The position numbers and the translations under genes were made by a program. Shown one piece after another: positions 1 to 8,238 of a stretch of 24,990 nt of DNA. Each line of letters opens with the position of its first letter. Position 1 is the stretch's first letter. This DNA is from a virus. Its lineage: Duplodnaviria > Caudoviricetes. The stretch is from positions 1 through 24,990 of the IMG/VR virus record IMGVR_UViG_3300046707_000073. The stretch is one strand, 5' to 3'. The notes under the pieces were generated by a model that was given only the letters and a program-made list of their open reading frames with translations, was not told the origin of the DNA and ran no database searches.

Positions 1-1
1 A

Positions 2-127
2 GTCCAGCGCGGCGACGGCTGGATAGAGCTCCGCGACGGCGAAGACCCCGACAGTCCGACACTCGTCGTGGCCGCCGCCGCGTGGGCCGCGTTCGTCGCC
101 GCGGTCAAGGCAGGCGAATACGGATGA
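2..127 (+). CDS. DUF397-family protein, C-terminal part (5' truncated by window)
   Basis: Manual translation VQRGDGWIELRDGEDPDSPTLVVAAAAWAAFVAAVKAGEYG* matches the DUF397 pattern (VRDSKxPxxPxLxxxxxAWxAFxxxVKxG); not in ORF track. Confidence 0.8.
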   Translation, partial: VQRGDGWIELRDGEDPDSPTLVVAAAAWAAFVAAVKAGEYG

Positions 128-197
128 TCAGCGAACCCCTGGCCGCCCACGACACCCACACCCACACCACCAGCCACGCAACACCCGGAGGCACCAC

Positions 198-308
198 GTG
201 AACCAACTCGTCATCCTGGCCGCCATCGGCGGACTCGCCGGCGGACTCATCGCCGGCACAGTATGGGACGTGGTCACCTGGCTACGCCGCAGACGACAGG
301 CACCATAA
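198..308 (+). CDS. 36-aa single-TM membrane protein
   Basis: GGAGG at 187-191, GTG start, MNQLVILAAIGGLAGGLIAGTVWDVVTWLRRRRQAP*: hydrophobic helix followed by poly-Arg. Confidence 0.65.
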   Translation: MNQLVILAAIGGLAGGLIAGTVWDVVTWLRRRRQAP

Positions 309-350
309 TGAAAACGATCACCGTCAGTCTGGAAAGGTAGATAAAGGCTT

Positions 351-809
351 ATGGCTCGCAAACCTCATGATCGCCTGATGGGCCGCAACGGGCAGATCTG
401 GCAGGCCTGCCTAGCGGGCAATACGCAGGAGGCTATCGCCGAGATGTTTGGCCTCACCCAGGCACGGATCAGCGAGATCATCGGCGATGTGCGGGCATCC
501 ATCCCAGCGCCGGTCATCGCCGACATCGCACAGATTGAGGCCGATCGCATCGCCCTGCTGTACGTCGAGTCGATGCGCATCATGCGCTCGTCGCATCCGC
601 TGGTGTCCATGCAGCGTGGCACGGTGGTGCGGGATGAGGACACGGGGCTGCCGTTTGAGGACGACGGGCCGCGGCTGGCTGCGATCAACATGGCGCTCAA
701 GATTCATGAGCGGGTGGCGAAGACGTATGGGACGGATGCGGCCACGAAGATGGAGACGACGTCGCAGGTGCGGTTCACGATCGAAGGCGTCGACACGGGA
801 GACGTGTGA
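351..809 (+). CDS. terS: Terminase small subunit (N-terminal HTH)
   Basis: HTH-like TQEAIAEMFGLTQARISEII; helical body; upstream of TerL; purine-rich SD-like GGAAAGGT upstream. Confidence 0.7.
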   Translation: MARKPHDRLMGRNGQIWQACLAGNTQEAIAEMFGLTQARISEIIGDVRASIPAPVIADIAQIEADRIALLYVESMRIMRSSHPLVSMQRGTVVRDEDTGLPFEDDGPRLAAINMALKIHERVAKTYGTDAATKMETTSQVRFTIEGVDTGDV

Positions 810-886
810 CGGCGCACCTAACGGACATTATGTGCGGCTGATTCGTACCGCTATGGGCCGATGTCGGCACGTCCGATAATGGGTGC

Positions 887-1063
887 ATGACGCCCCTGGT
901 CGCACTGGTCATCGCCGCCGTACTCGCCGTGCTCGTCGCCGTCCAGTTCGCCGTGCAGGGCCACCTCGACCCCGACCACCCGCGCTGGCATGACCGTGTC
1001 GGCTGGGCGTGCCTGTGCCTGGGCATCCTGCTGGCCGGCCTCGCCTGGGACCTGCGGCCGTGA
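887..1063 (+). CDS. 58-aa two-TM membrane protein, possibly leaderless
   Basis: MTPLVALVIAAVLAVLVAVQFAVQGHLDPDHPRWHDRVGWACLCLGILLAGLAWDLRP*; stop overlaps TerL start (GTGA); GATAAT 6 nt before ATG. Confidence 0.65.
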   Translation: MTPLVALVIAAVLAVLVAVQFAVQGHLDPDHPRWHDRVGWACLCLGILLAGLAWDLRP

Positions 1064-2394
1064 CCGTCAAGACCATCGTGCGCCGCTACGCCCCCCGGGG
1101 CGCGGCCCGCACCCTGTTCACCTGCAAGGCGGGCGAGGTGCTCGTCAGTGGCCCGGCCGGCACCGGCAAGTCCCGGGCCTGCCTGGAGAAACTGTTGCTG
1201 CAGATGCTCAAGTACGACGGCGCCCGAGGGTTGATCGTGCGCAAATCGGCCCTGTCCCTGACCTCAACCACCCTGGTCACCTGGCGGGAGCATGTGGCCA
1301 AGGAGGCGCTGCGTGCCGGGGTGGTGTGGTTCTACGGCGGTTCGGCGGAGCAGGCCGCCCAATACCGGTTCACCAACGGGTCCACGATCACCATCGGCGG
1401 CCTGGACAAGCCCGAGAAGATCATGTCCAGCGAGTATGACGTGGCGTACGCCGGTGAGGCCACCGAGTTGGCCATCGCCGACTGGGAGGCGATCACCACC
1501 CGGCTGCGCAACGGGGTGATGCCCTACCAGCAGTTGATCGCCGACTGCAACCCGCAGGCCGAGCACCACTGGCTCAAGCAGCGCTGCAACGGCGGCCAGA
1601 CGCTCATGTTGGAGTCGCGCCACGCCGACAATCCGATCTACGTCAACGACGACGGCACCTACACCGAGCGCGGCCAGTCCTACATCGTTGAGGTGCTGGG
1701 CAAGCTGACCGGGGTGCGCAAGCTGCGGCTGGCCGACGGCAAGTGGGTGTCGGCGGAGGGCCTCGTCTACGAAGGCTACGACCCGGCGGTGCACGTGGTG
1801 GACCGGTTCCCCATCCCCGACACCTGGCCGCGGATCTGGTCGGTGGACTTCGGCTACGTCAACCCGCTGGTGTGCCAATGGTGGGCGATCGACCCCGACG
1901 GTCGCGCCTGGCTGTACCGGGAGATCTACCGCACGCAGCGCCTCGTCGAGGACCACGCCAAGGACATGCTGGCGGCGGTGACCGACAAGCACGGCAACTG
2001 GACCGAGCCGAAGCCGACGCGGATCGTGTGTGACCACGATGCGGAGGGCCGCGCCACCCTGGAGCGCCATCTTGGCATGTCGACGGTGCCGGCGCATAAG
2101 GCGGTGACGGAGGGTATCCAGGCGGTGCAGGCGCGCATGGCGCCTGCTGGCGACGGTAGGCCGCGTATCGGGCTGCTACGGGACTCCGTGGTGTCGCGCG
2201 ACGATGCCCTTGCAACGGCGCTGAAACCGACGCAGACGGCCGAGGAGCTGTCGGGGTACGTGTGGGACACGGGGGTGGGTAGGGCGCCGAAGGAGGCGCC
2301 GCTGAAGGTGGATGATCACGGATGCGATGCGATGCGGTATCTGGTGGCCAATCTTGACCTGTCGCCGCGTCCGGCGTTCCGCGGCTGGATCTAG
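1060..2394 (+). CDS. terL: Terminase large subunit
   Basis: Walker A SGPAGTGKS, Walker B-like VAYAGEATE, coupling motif DCNP, nuclease motifs SVDFGY and DDHGCDAMRY; GTG 1060 chosen from GTGA overlap. Confidence 0.95.
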   Translation: MTVKTIVRRYAPRGAARTLFTCKAGEVLVSGPAGTGKSRACLEKLLLQMLKYDGARGLIVRKSALSLTSTTLVTWREHVAKEALRAGVVWFYGGSAEQAAQYRFTNGSTITIGGLDKPEKIMSSEYDVAYAGEATELAIADWEAITTRLRNGVMPYQQLIADCNPQAEHHWLKQRCNGGQTLMLESRHADNPIYVNDDGTYTERGQSYIVEVLGKLTGVRKLRLADGKWVSAEGLVYEGYDPAVHVVDRFPIPDTWPRIWSVDFGYVNPLVCQWWAIDPDGRAWLYREIYRTQRLVEDHAKDMLAAVTDKHGNWTEPKPTRIVCDHDAEGRATLERHLGMSTVPAHKAVTEGIQAVQARMAPAGDGRPRIGLLRDSVVSRDDALATALKPTQTAEELSGYVWDTGVGRAPKEAPLKVDDHGCDAMRYLVANLDLSPRPAFRGWI

Positions 2395-2400
2395 CCACAC

Positions 2401-2430
2401 ATGCCATGATCCGCATGCGTCGTCTACCAT
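2401..2430 (+). promoter_or_regulatory. Putative late promoter/operator copy A
   Basis: ATGC-catgatcc-GCAT-gcgtcgtc-TACCAT; same spacing as copies at 5075 and 22088. Confidence 0.65.
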
Positions 2431-2431
2431 A

Positions 2432-2457
2432 AGGCCACCTGCTACGGAGGGTGGCCT
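2432..2457 (+). promoter_or_regulatory. Hairpin adjoining/overlapping the RBS of ORF 2461
   Basis: AGGCCACC(2432-2439)/GGTGGCCT(2450-2457) perfect 8-bp inverted repeat with SD GGAGG at 2446-2450. Confidence 0.5.
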
Positions 2458-2460
2458 GAC

Positions 2461-2727
2461 GTGACCTCGATTACCGCCGGGACCGCACCGATCGCCCGGC
2501 CGGCACGTCCCGCCCTCCTGTCCGTGATCGCCGCACAAGTCGCGCGCAGGCTCGCCACCGCCAACGCCCGCACCCGGGCCGCGTTGGCGGTGGTGCTGCG
2601 CCTGGTCCTGACGGTGGCGGCGCTGTGCGGGTTCACCGTGTCGGCGTGGCACACGTTCGGCATGGGTGCCGGGCTGGCTGTCGGCGCCGTCGCCTGCCTG
2701 GTGCTTGAGTACGTGGTGAAGCGATGA
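2461..2727 (+). CDS. Small two-TM membrane protein preceding portal
   Basis: GGAGG SD; hydrophobic C-terminal helices; ATGA overlap with next gene. Confidence 0.75.
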   Translation: MTSITAGTAPIARPARPALLSVIAAQVARRLATANARTRAALAVVLRLVLTVAALCGFTVSAWHTFGMGAGLAVGAVACLVLEYVVKR

Positions 2728-2933
2728 GCGACAAGCTGCCAGCGCCGGTGCTGGCACAGGTGGCGCGCCCCGGGGACACGTTGCTGCTCACCTTCGCCGA
2801 GCGCCTGTCCGCCGCCGATGGCGACAGGCTGCTGCGTCACATCAAGGACAAGCTGCCGGAGGGCATCCATTTGGGGATCGTCGACGGGTGCACGGGTGCC
2901 GTCATCTGCCGGCCGGACAGCGACTCGCCGTGA
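2724..2933 (+). CDS. Hypothetical 69-aa protein
   Basis: ATGA overlap upstream and GTGA overlap downstream; protein-like composition. Confidence 0.65.
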   Translation: MSDKLPAPVLAQVARPGDTLLLTFAERLSAADGDRLLRHIKDKLPEGIHLGIVDGCTGAVICRPDSDSP

Positions 2934-5044
2934 AGTCCCTCGTCGGCGAGGTGATGGCCGCCGCCGGCCGCACAGTGGCCACCCGCACCTCCGACACCCC
3001 GCCGGTGCCGTACACGCAGCGCGCCGGCCTGACCCGCTGGCTGCTCGGCGGGCATGAGGCCACCACCGAACGCGCCCTGGCCGCGATGGGCTCCGTGGGG
3101 ACCCTGTACGCGATTGTGGACCTGCACGCCTCGTCCACGTCGGCGGTCGACTGGCATCTGTGGCGCACCGCCGCCTCCGGCAAGCCGGAGGACCGTGTCG
3201 AGGTGATGAGCCATGCGGCGCTGGACACGTGGCGGCGGCCCAACAGGTTCTATTCGCAGGCGCGGCTGGTCGAGTCGGCGCAGCAGCATGTGGAGCTGGT
3301 CGGCGAGGGCTGGATCGTGTGCGAGACGTCGTCGGCGCTGTCGGGTGTGCCGCTGGGTTTGTGGCCGGTGCGCCCCGACCGGATCATCCCGGTGCCGTCG
3401 GCCGAGCACTACCTGGCCGGCTACGTCTACACCGCCCCCGACGGGGACAAGATTCCGCTGTCGGTGGATCAGGTGATGTCCATCCAGGTGCCCAATCCGA
3501 TGGACCCGTACCGGGGTATGGGCGCGGTGCAGTCCATCCTGGCAGACGCCGACTCGATCGCCGCGGCGGTGGCGTGGAACCGCAACTTTTTTGTCAACGG
3601 CGCCGAGCCGGGGGGGATCATCGCGTTTGACGCGAAGCTGTCGGATGCGGAGTGGGACACGTTCGTCAAGCGGTGGACCGAAACCCACCGCGGGGTCGGC
3701 AATGCGCACCGGGTGGGTGTGATCGAGCAGGGCAAGTGGATGGACCGCACGGTCACCCACCGGGACATGGACTTCACCCAGCTGCGTACGGTGTCGCGCA
3801 ATGCGATCCGGGAGGCGTTCCGGGTGCACGGGCACATGTTGGGCGACGCCGACGACGTGAACTTGGCGAATGCGACGGCGGCGGAGATCACGTTCGCGCG
3901 CCGGCAGCTGGTGCCGCGGCTGGACCGGTGGAAGGAGATGCTCAACACCCAGTACCTGCCCAAGTTCGGGTCGACGGCGGCCGGGTTGGAGTTCGACTAC
4001 GACAATCCGGTGGCCGAGGATGAGCAGTCGGATGCGGCCACCTTCTACGACCGTGGCCGGGGTGCGCAGATGCTGGTGTTGGCCGGGTTCAACGGCGAGG
4101 ACGTAGCGGCTGCGGCGGGGCTGCCGCCGATGCGTTGGGATGCGCAGCAGGTGACCCGTTCGACGACGACGATTGCCGGCGAGTCGGCGGGCGGCGGCAG
4201 GGGTCCGGCGTCGGAGTCGGACGGCGGTTCGGGTTGGGCGGACCGGCCGGCGAATGTGTTGCGGATGGCGGCCCCCGCACAGCAGCCGCCGCCCGGGCAG
4301 GCGCAGGACCTGCCGGACGTGTCGCACATGGCTGAGGCGTTGGCCGCGGCCATGGCGGCGTTGATGGTGGTGTGGCGGCGTATCACCGGCGGATGGCGGC
4401 GCTCGCTGGTGGACCAGGTGCGCCAGGCCGCACAGAACGGCGGCCTCGCGTCGCTGTCGCTGAGCGTGGACACCGGCCCGGCAAGCGCTGCGCTACTCGA
4501 CGCCATGGCGAACCTGGCACCGACGGCGGCGCACCAGTTGGTTGCGGAGGCCGCGGCGCAGGGGGTGGAGATCCCGGCGGCGATGCTGCACGAGGCGACC
4601 CTGCAGCCTGTCGCCGACGAGGTTGCCGACCTGCTCGGCCAGGAGTTGACCATCACTGCCCGCCGTGCCGTGCTGCTGGCCAACCATCCGGGGGCCACCG
4701 CCGACGAGATCGGCGGGGCGGTGCAGTCGGCGTTGGACGGGCTGTCGGATGCGGGTGCCGAGACCCAGTTGGGTGGGGCGTTGCACGGGACGATGAACAC
4801 GGCGCGGATCGCGACCTTGTCCGGCGGGCCGGTCGGGTCGCTGTATGCGCAGGAGATGAACGATCATCGCACGTGTGATCCGTGCCGGCATGTCAACGGC
4901 CGGTTCCTGGGCACCACTGACGACTTGGCGCAGGTGTTGAGGTCGTATCCGGCGGGTGCGTTCGGCGGCTATGTGGGATGCCTGGGCGGGCCGCGCTGTA
5001 GGGGGACTGTGACCGGGGTTTGGCGTGAGGGCGGCGGCGGCTAG
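2930..5044 (+). CDS. HK97-family portal protein fused to C-terminal MuF/SPP1 gp7-like head morphogenesis domain
   Basis: Portal motifs LWPVRPDRI, NPMDPYRGMGAV, NFFVNGAEPGGII, DMDFTQLR; Gly/Ser/Pro linker; C-terminal DHRTCDPCRHVNG...CLGGPRCRG; GTG 2930 from GTGA overlap. Confidence 0.9.
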   Translation: MKSLVGEVMAAAGRTVATRTSDTPPVPYTQRAGLTRWLLGGHEATTERALAAMGSVGTLYAIVDLHASSTSAVDWHLWRTAASGKPEDRVEVMSHAALDTWRRPNRFYSQARLVESAQQHVELVGEGWIVCETSSALSGVPLGLWPVRPDRIIPVPSAEHYLAGYVYTAPDGDKIPLSVDQVMSIQVPNPMDPYRGMGAVQSILADADSIAAAVAWNRNFFVNGAEPGGIIAFDAKLSDAEWDTFVKRWTETHRGVGNAHRVGVIEQGKWMDRTVTHRDMDFTQLRTVSRNAIREAFRVHGHMLGDADDVNLANATAAEITFARRQLVPRLDRWKEMLNTQYLPKFGSTAAGLEFDYDNPVAEDEQSDAATFYDRGRGAQMLVLAGFNGEDVAAAAGLPPMRWDAQQVTRSTTTIAGESAGGGRGPASESDGGSGWADRPANVLRMAAPAQQPPPGQAQDLPDVSHMAEALAAAMAALMVVWRRITGGWRRSLVDQVRQAAQNGGLASLSLSVDTGPASAALLDAMANLAPTAAHQLVAEAAAQGVEIPAAMLHEATLQPVADEVADLLGQELTITARRAVLLANHPGATADEIGGAVQSALDGLSDAGAETQLGGALHGTMNTARIATLSGGPVGSLYAQEMNDHRTCDPCRHVNGRFLGTTDDLAQVLRSYPAGAFGGYVGCLGGPRCRGTVTGVWREGGGG

Positions 5045-5074
5045 TTCCGCCTGGCCGATCAGCCGCACGGCCGT

Positions 5075-5104
5075 ATGCGTGATCACGCATGTGTGGTCTA
5101 CCAT
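5075..5104 (+). promoter_or_regulatory. Putative late promoter/operator copy B
   Basis: Perfect 16-bp palindrome ATGCGTGATCACGCAT, then gtgtggtc, then TACCAT. Confidence 0.7.
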
Positions 5105-5109
5105 GAGCC

Positions 5110-5143
5110 CACTAGACGACAATGGTTTTCATTGTCGTTAGTG
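5110..5143. terminator. Strong stem-loop (HNH terminator or 5' leader hairpin of head transcript)
   Basis: CACTAGACGACAATG-gtttt-CATTGTCGTTAGTG, 14-bp stem with one bulge; lies downstream of the minus-strand HNH stop; no U-tract. Confidence 0.55.
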
Positions 5144-5178
5144 CGGCGCAGGGTGGTGACCACATGGCCGGTTCGACG

Positions 5179-5697
5179 TCAACGCTTCGCCTCCCGCCCG
5201 CGCGTCTCCCTTGCCGCCCGGCACTTGCGGCAGTCCCGCCACCCGTCCGGCCTGATGTACGTGTTGGCCACGTCGAAGGCGTGCCCGTGCTCGCAGTGCG
5301 TCTTGTCGCGGTTGGTCGCGCCGAAGCCCTTACCGGCGAGCACGTTCTCCCCCCGCGTCGTCAGCCGCCAGTGGGCGGGGTTCTGGCAGGCGCGGTGTGC
5401 GCACGGTCCGCCGGGACACGTCGGGTCGATGTTGTGGCAGACATGGTCGATCGTCCCGGCGGCCAGCAACCCGTGCGCCAGGAACCATCCGATTCGGTGG
5501 GCCACGTCGGTGCGGTTGCCCCACGGCACGCCCATCTGGCCGTAGCCGTCTCCGCGCTTGGACGCAAGCCACGGCCAGCACTCGCTGGCCCCGCGCCGTT
5601 CCACCTTCGCCCAGTAGCGGTCCTCAACGGATGCTCGGGGCTTCGTCAGCTTCGCGATCGTCTCGGCGGATCGCGGTCTTCCCTTCGGCCAAGCCAT
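5179..5697 (-). CDS. Free-standing HNH homing endonuclease
   Basis: NUMOD3-like KGRPRSAETIAKL, ECWPW, GYG, AHR, IDHVC...CQNPAHW...EN, C-terminal KTHCxxGH...RDCRKC zinc finger; the only convincing minus-strand gene. Confidence 0.9.
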   Translation of the reverse strand: MAWPKGRPRSAETIAKLTKPRASVEDRYWAKVERRGASECWPWLASKRGDGYGQMGVPWGNRTDVAHRIGWFLAHGLLAAGTIDHVCHNIDPTCPGGPCAHRACQNPAHWRLTTRGENVLAGKGFGATNRDKTHCEHGHAFDVANTYIRPDGWRDCRKCRAARETRGREAKR

Positions 5698-5710
5698 GCT
5701 AGTGAGTCTA
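5698..5710 (-). promoter_or_regulatory. Leaderless promoter -10 (TAGACT) for HNH
   Basis: Minus strand reads TAGACT-cactagc-ATG (7-nt spacer), no SD. Confidence 0.55.
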
Positions 5711-5714
5711 CACC

Positions 5715-6806
5715 ATGCCGCCCGTAGCCGTTCACCACACGGCCGTCACAGACGAGCCGTGGGACGGGCCGGCGGCCATGAAGGAGATGCCCAACCAGGC
5801 GGCCACACTCCGCTACTGCTGCGCCTGGTACGCCGCCGACGGCGACCAGAACGAGAAGTCGACGTGGAAATTTCCCCACGCGAAGACCAAGGGCGGCCCG
5901 GCGAACCTGGCCGCATGCCGCAACGGGCTGGCTCGCCTGTCGGGCGCCAGCATCCCCGACGGGGACCGGGCGGGGGTGAAGCGGCATCTGCAGGCCCACC
6001 TCGACGACGCCAAAACTTCCGACGACCTCGACCAGACGCTGACCTCCCGGCTGCGCATGGCCCGCCCGGTCGCCCACCTCCGGCAGGGCCGCCGCGACTG
6101 GTACCGCATCGAGGACTCTGCGGCGGCGGCCGAGGTGTACATCTACGACGAGATCGGCTTCTTCGGCGTCACCGCCGCGGACTTCGTCGCCGACCTGCGT
6201 GCCATCACTGCCCCGTCGATCAACCTGCACGTCAATAGCCCCGGCGGCGAGGTGTTCGACGGGGTTGCCATCTTCACCGCGATCCGCTCGCACCCGGCGC
6301 ACGTCACCGTCCACGTCGACGGCCTGGCCGCGTCGGCGGCGTCGTTCATCGCCCAGGCCGGGGACCGGCGGGTGATGGCCCGCAACGCAACCATGATGAT
6401 CCACGAGGGTGCCGGTCTGTGTGTCGGTAACGCCGGCGACATGCGCCAGCTCGCGGATCTGCTTGACCGGGTGTCGGACAACATTGCCGACATCTACGCC
6501 CAGCGTGCCGGCGGCGACGTGACGTCGTGGCGTGCGGCGATGCGCGCCGAAACCTGGTATTCGGCGGCCGAGGCGGTTGACGCCGGCCTTGCCGACGAGG
6601 TTGCCGACGTGCCGCAGAAGCCGACGGCGCTGGCCGAATGGGACCTGTCGATCTTCAACTATGCGGGGCGCGGCTGCGCACCCGCACCCGTTGCCATCAC
6701 CCAGCCGGCCGCCGAGCCCGAGCCCGAGCCCGAGCCCGGGCCGGTGGCCGCTTCATGGTTCACCCCCGAAATGTTCCGCACCGCTCTCAAGGAGGCCGTG
6801 GCCTGA
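5715..6806 (+). CDS. ClpP-like (S14) prohead maturation protease with about 100-aa N-terminal extra domain
   Basis: IYDEIG, HVNSPGGEVFDG, DGLAASAAS (catalytic Ser), MMIHE, AETWYSAAEAVDAGLAD; TGATG overlap with capsid gene. Confidence 0.92.
   Translation: MPPVAVHHTAVTDEPWDGPAAMKEMPNQAATLRYCCAWYAADGDQNEKSTWKFPHAKTKGGPANLAACRNGLARLSGASIPDGDRAGVKRHLQAHLDDAKTSDDLDQTLTSRLRMARPVAHLRQGRRDWYRIEDSAAAAEVYIYDEIGFFGVTAADFVADLRAITAPSINLHVNSPGGEVFDGVAIFTAIRSHPAHVTVHVDGLAASAASFIAQAGDRRVMARNATMMIHEGAGLCVGNAGDMRQLADLLDRVSDNIADIYAQRAGGDVTSWRAAMRAETWYSAAEAVDAGLADEVADVPQKPTALAEWDLSIFNYAGRGCAPAPVAITQPAAEPEPEPEPGPVAASWFTPEMFRTALKEAVA
6714..6737 (+). repeat. (GAGCCC)x4 tandem repeat encoding EPEPEPEP linker
   Basis: Direct reading of sequence. 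Confidence 0.85.
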
Positions 6807-8176
6807 TGCCCACCGCAACCCTGCCCACCACCTCCACCGAGCTGGAGGAGCTGCTCAACGACAACACCCGCATGGGCGAGCTGGCCAAGGAGCCCGACGG
6901 GCTGAAGAACTTCATCAAGGCCTACGCCGAAACGTTCATGCGCAAGGACCCGACGCTGTCAGCGCAGATCCGGGAGGAAACCCAACGCGTCTTCGCCGAA
7001 ATGATCAAGTCCAACGGGTTGGACGGCACGGGTGTGCGGCCACCGGTGCCGCTGCACCGCGAATCGGTGCAGACCAACCGGGAGGCGCGCCGCAACCGGC
7101 TCTATAACAAGAAGGCGCCAGGCGCCAAGCTCGACGCCGAATTCGGCGAGTTCAGCGAATACCTCCAGGCCGTGTGGCACCGGGCCGACACCCTGCCCGA
7201 CGGTGCGGCACTAGCCGCCAAGGCCAGCAAGATCCGCCAGATTCAGAACAGCTTCGGATCCCTGATCCCCGCCGACGGCGGATTCCTCATCCCCGAGGAG
7301 TTCCGTTCCGACCTGCTCATGTGGTCGCTAGAGAACTCGATCGTGCGGCCGCGGGCAACGGTCATCCCCATGTCGACACTGCGGGTGATCCTGCCGATGG
7401 TCGACTCCACCTCCAACGTGTCCAGCGTGTTCGGCGGCATCGTCGGCTACTGGACCGAGGAGGGTGGGGCACTGACCGAGTCCCAGGCCGTGTTCGGTCA
7501 GGTCGTCCTCGACGCCAAGAAGCTGACCGCCTACGCCGAGGTGCCCAACGAACTGTTCGCCGACGCGCCCGCGTTCACCGGCTTCGTCGACCGGGCATTC
7601 CCGGCCGCTGTCGCCTTCTACGAGGACTACGGATTCATCGCCGGCACCGGTGCCGGCGAGCCGCTCGGGTTCGTCAACTGCCCCGCGTCGGTGGCGGTGG
7701 CGGCCGAGGCCGGCCAGGCGACGCTGACGATCGTGTGGGAGAACATCACCAAGATGTACGCCCGCATGCTGCCCATGTCGCTGGGTAGCGCGGTGTGGAT
7801 CGCAAGCATCGACACCTTCCCCCAGCTGGCCACGATGGCGCTGAGCGTGGGTACCGGCGGGTCGGCGATTTGGCTCAACAACGGCTCCGAGGGTCCGCCG
7901 ATGACGATCCTCGGCCGCCCGGTGATCTTCACCGAGAAGACCCCGGCGCTGACCACCACCGGCGACATCAACTTTGTGGACCTGTCCTACTACCTGATCG
8001 GCGACCGGCAGATCATGCAGGCGTCGTCGTCGCCGCACTTCAAGTTCTCCACCGACAAGACCGCGTTCAAGTTCATCGAGCGTGTCGACGGACGGCCGTG
8101 GCTACAGTCGGCGATCACCCCGAAGAACAACTCCAGCAGCACCCTTTCCCCGTTCGTCCAGCTGGCTACCCGCTAG
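6806..8176 (+). CDS. HK97-fold major capsid protein
   Basis: AAGGAGG SD; DGGFLIPEEF, WTEEG, KKLTAYAEVPNELFAD, GTGAGEPLG, TILGRPVIFTE, ERVDG. Confidence 0.95.
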   Translation: MPTATLPTTSTELEELLNDNTRMGELAKEPDGLKNFIKAYAETFMRKDPTLSAQIREETQRVFAEMIKSNGLDGTGVRPPVPLHRESVQTNREARRNRLYNKKAPGAKLDAEFGEFSEYLQAVWHRADTLPDGAALAAKASKIRQIQNSFGSLIPADGGFLIPEEFRSDLLMWSLENSIVRPRATVIPMSTLRVILPMVDSTSNVSSVFGGIVGYWTEEGGALTESQAVFGQVVLDAKKLTAYAEVPNELFADAPAFTGFVDRAFPAAVAFYEDYGFIAGTGAGEPLGFVNCPASVAVAAEAGQATLTIVWENITKMYARMLPMSLGSAVWIASIDTFPQLATMALSVGTGGSAIWLNNGSEGPPMTILGRPVIFTEKTPALTTTGDINFVDLSYYLIGDRQIMQASSSPHFKFSTDKTAFKFIERVDGRPWLQSAITPKNNSSSTLSPFVQLATR

Positions 8177-8238
8177 CCGAATCCGCCCGCATGGGCTCAA
8201 TGACCAGCAGTAACGCCCTGGTCGGAAGGTAGGAACCG

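Noticed and set aside
146-186. C/A-rich tract with ACACCC repeats
   Set aside because: Only two or three short imperfect units; no supportable function
1009-1059. Upstream starts given by the ORF track for TerL (also portal 2888, capsid 6638, chaperone 14900, tape measure 15605)
   Set aside because: Later starts with SD sequences or stop/start overlaps fit better
2837-4327. 496-aa minus-strand ORF and similar long antisense ORFs (10557-11564, 17455-18663, 21737-23245)
   Set aside because: Antisense shadows of high-GC3 genes; Arg/His/Gly-rich with no motifs
5179-5714. Group I intron or intein around the HNH
   Set aside because: HNH is antisense and fills nearly the whole insert, leaving no room for a ribozyme core; no intein motifs seen
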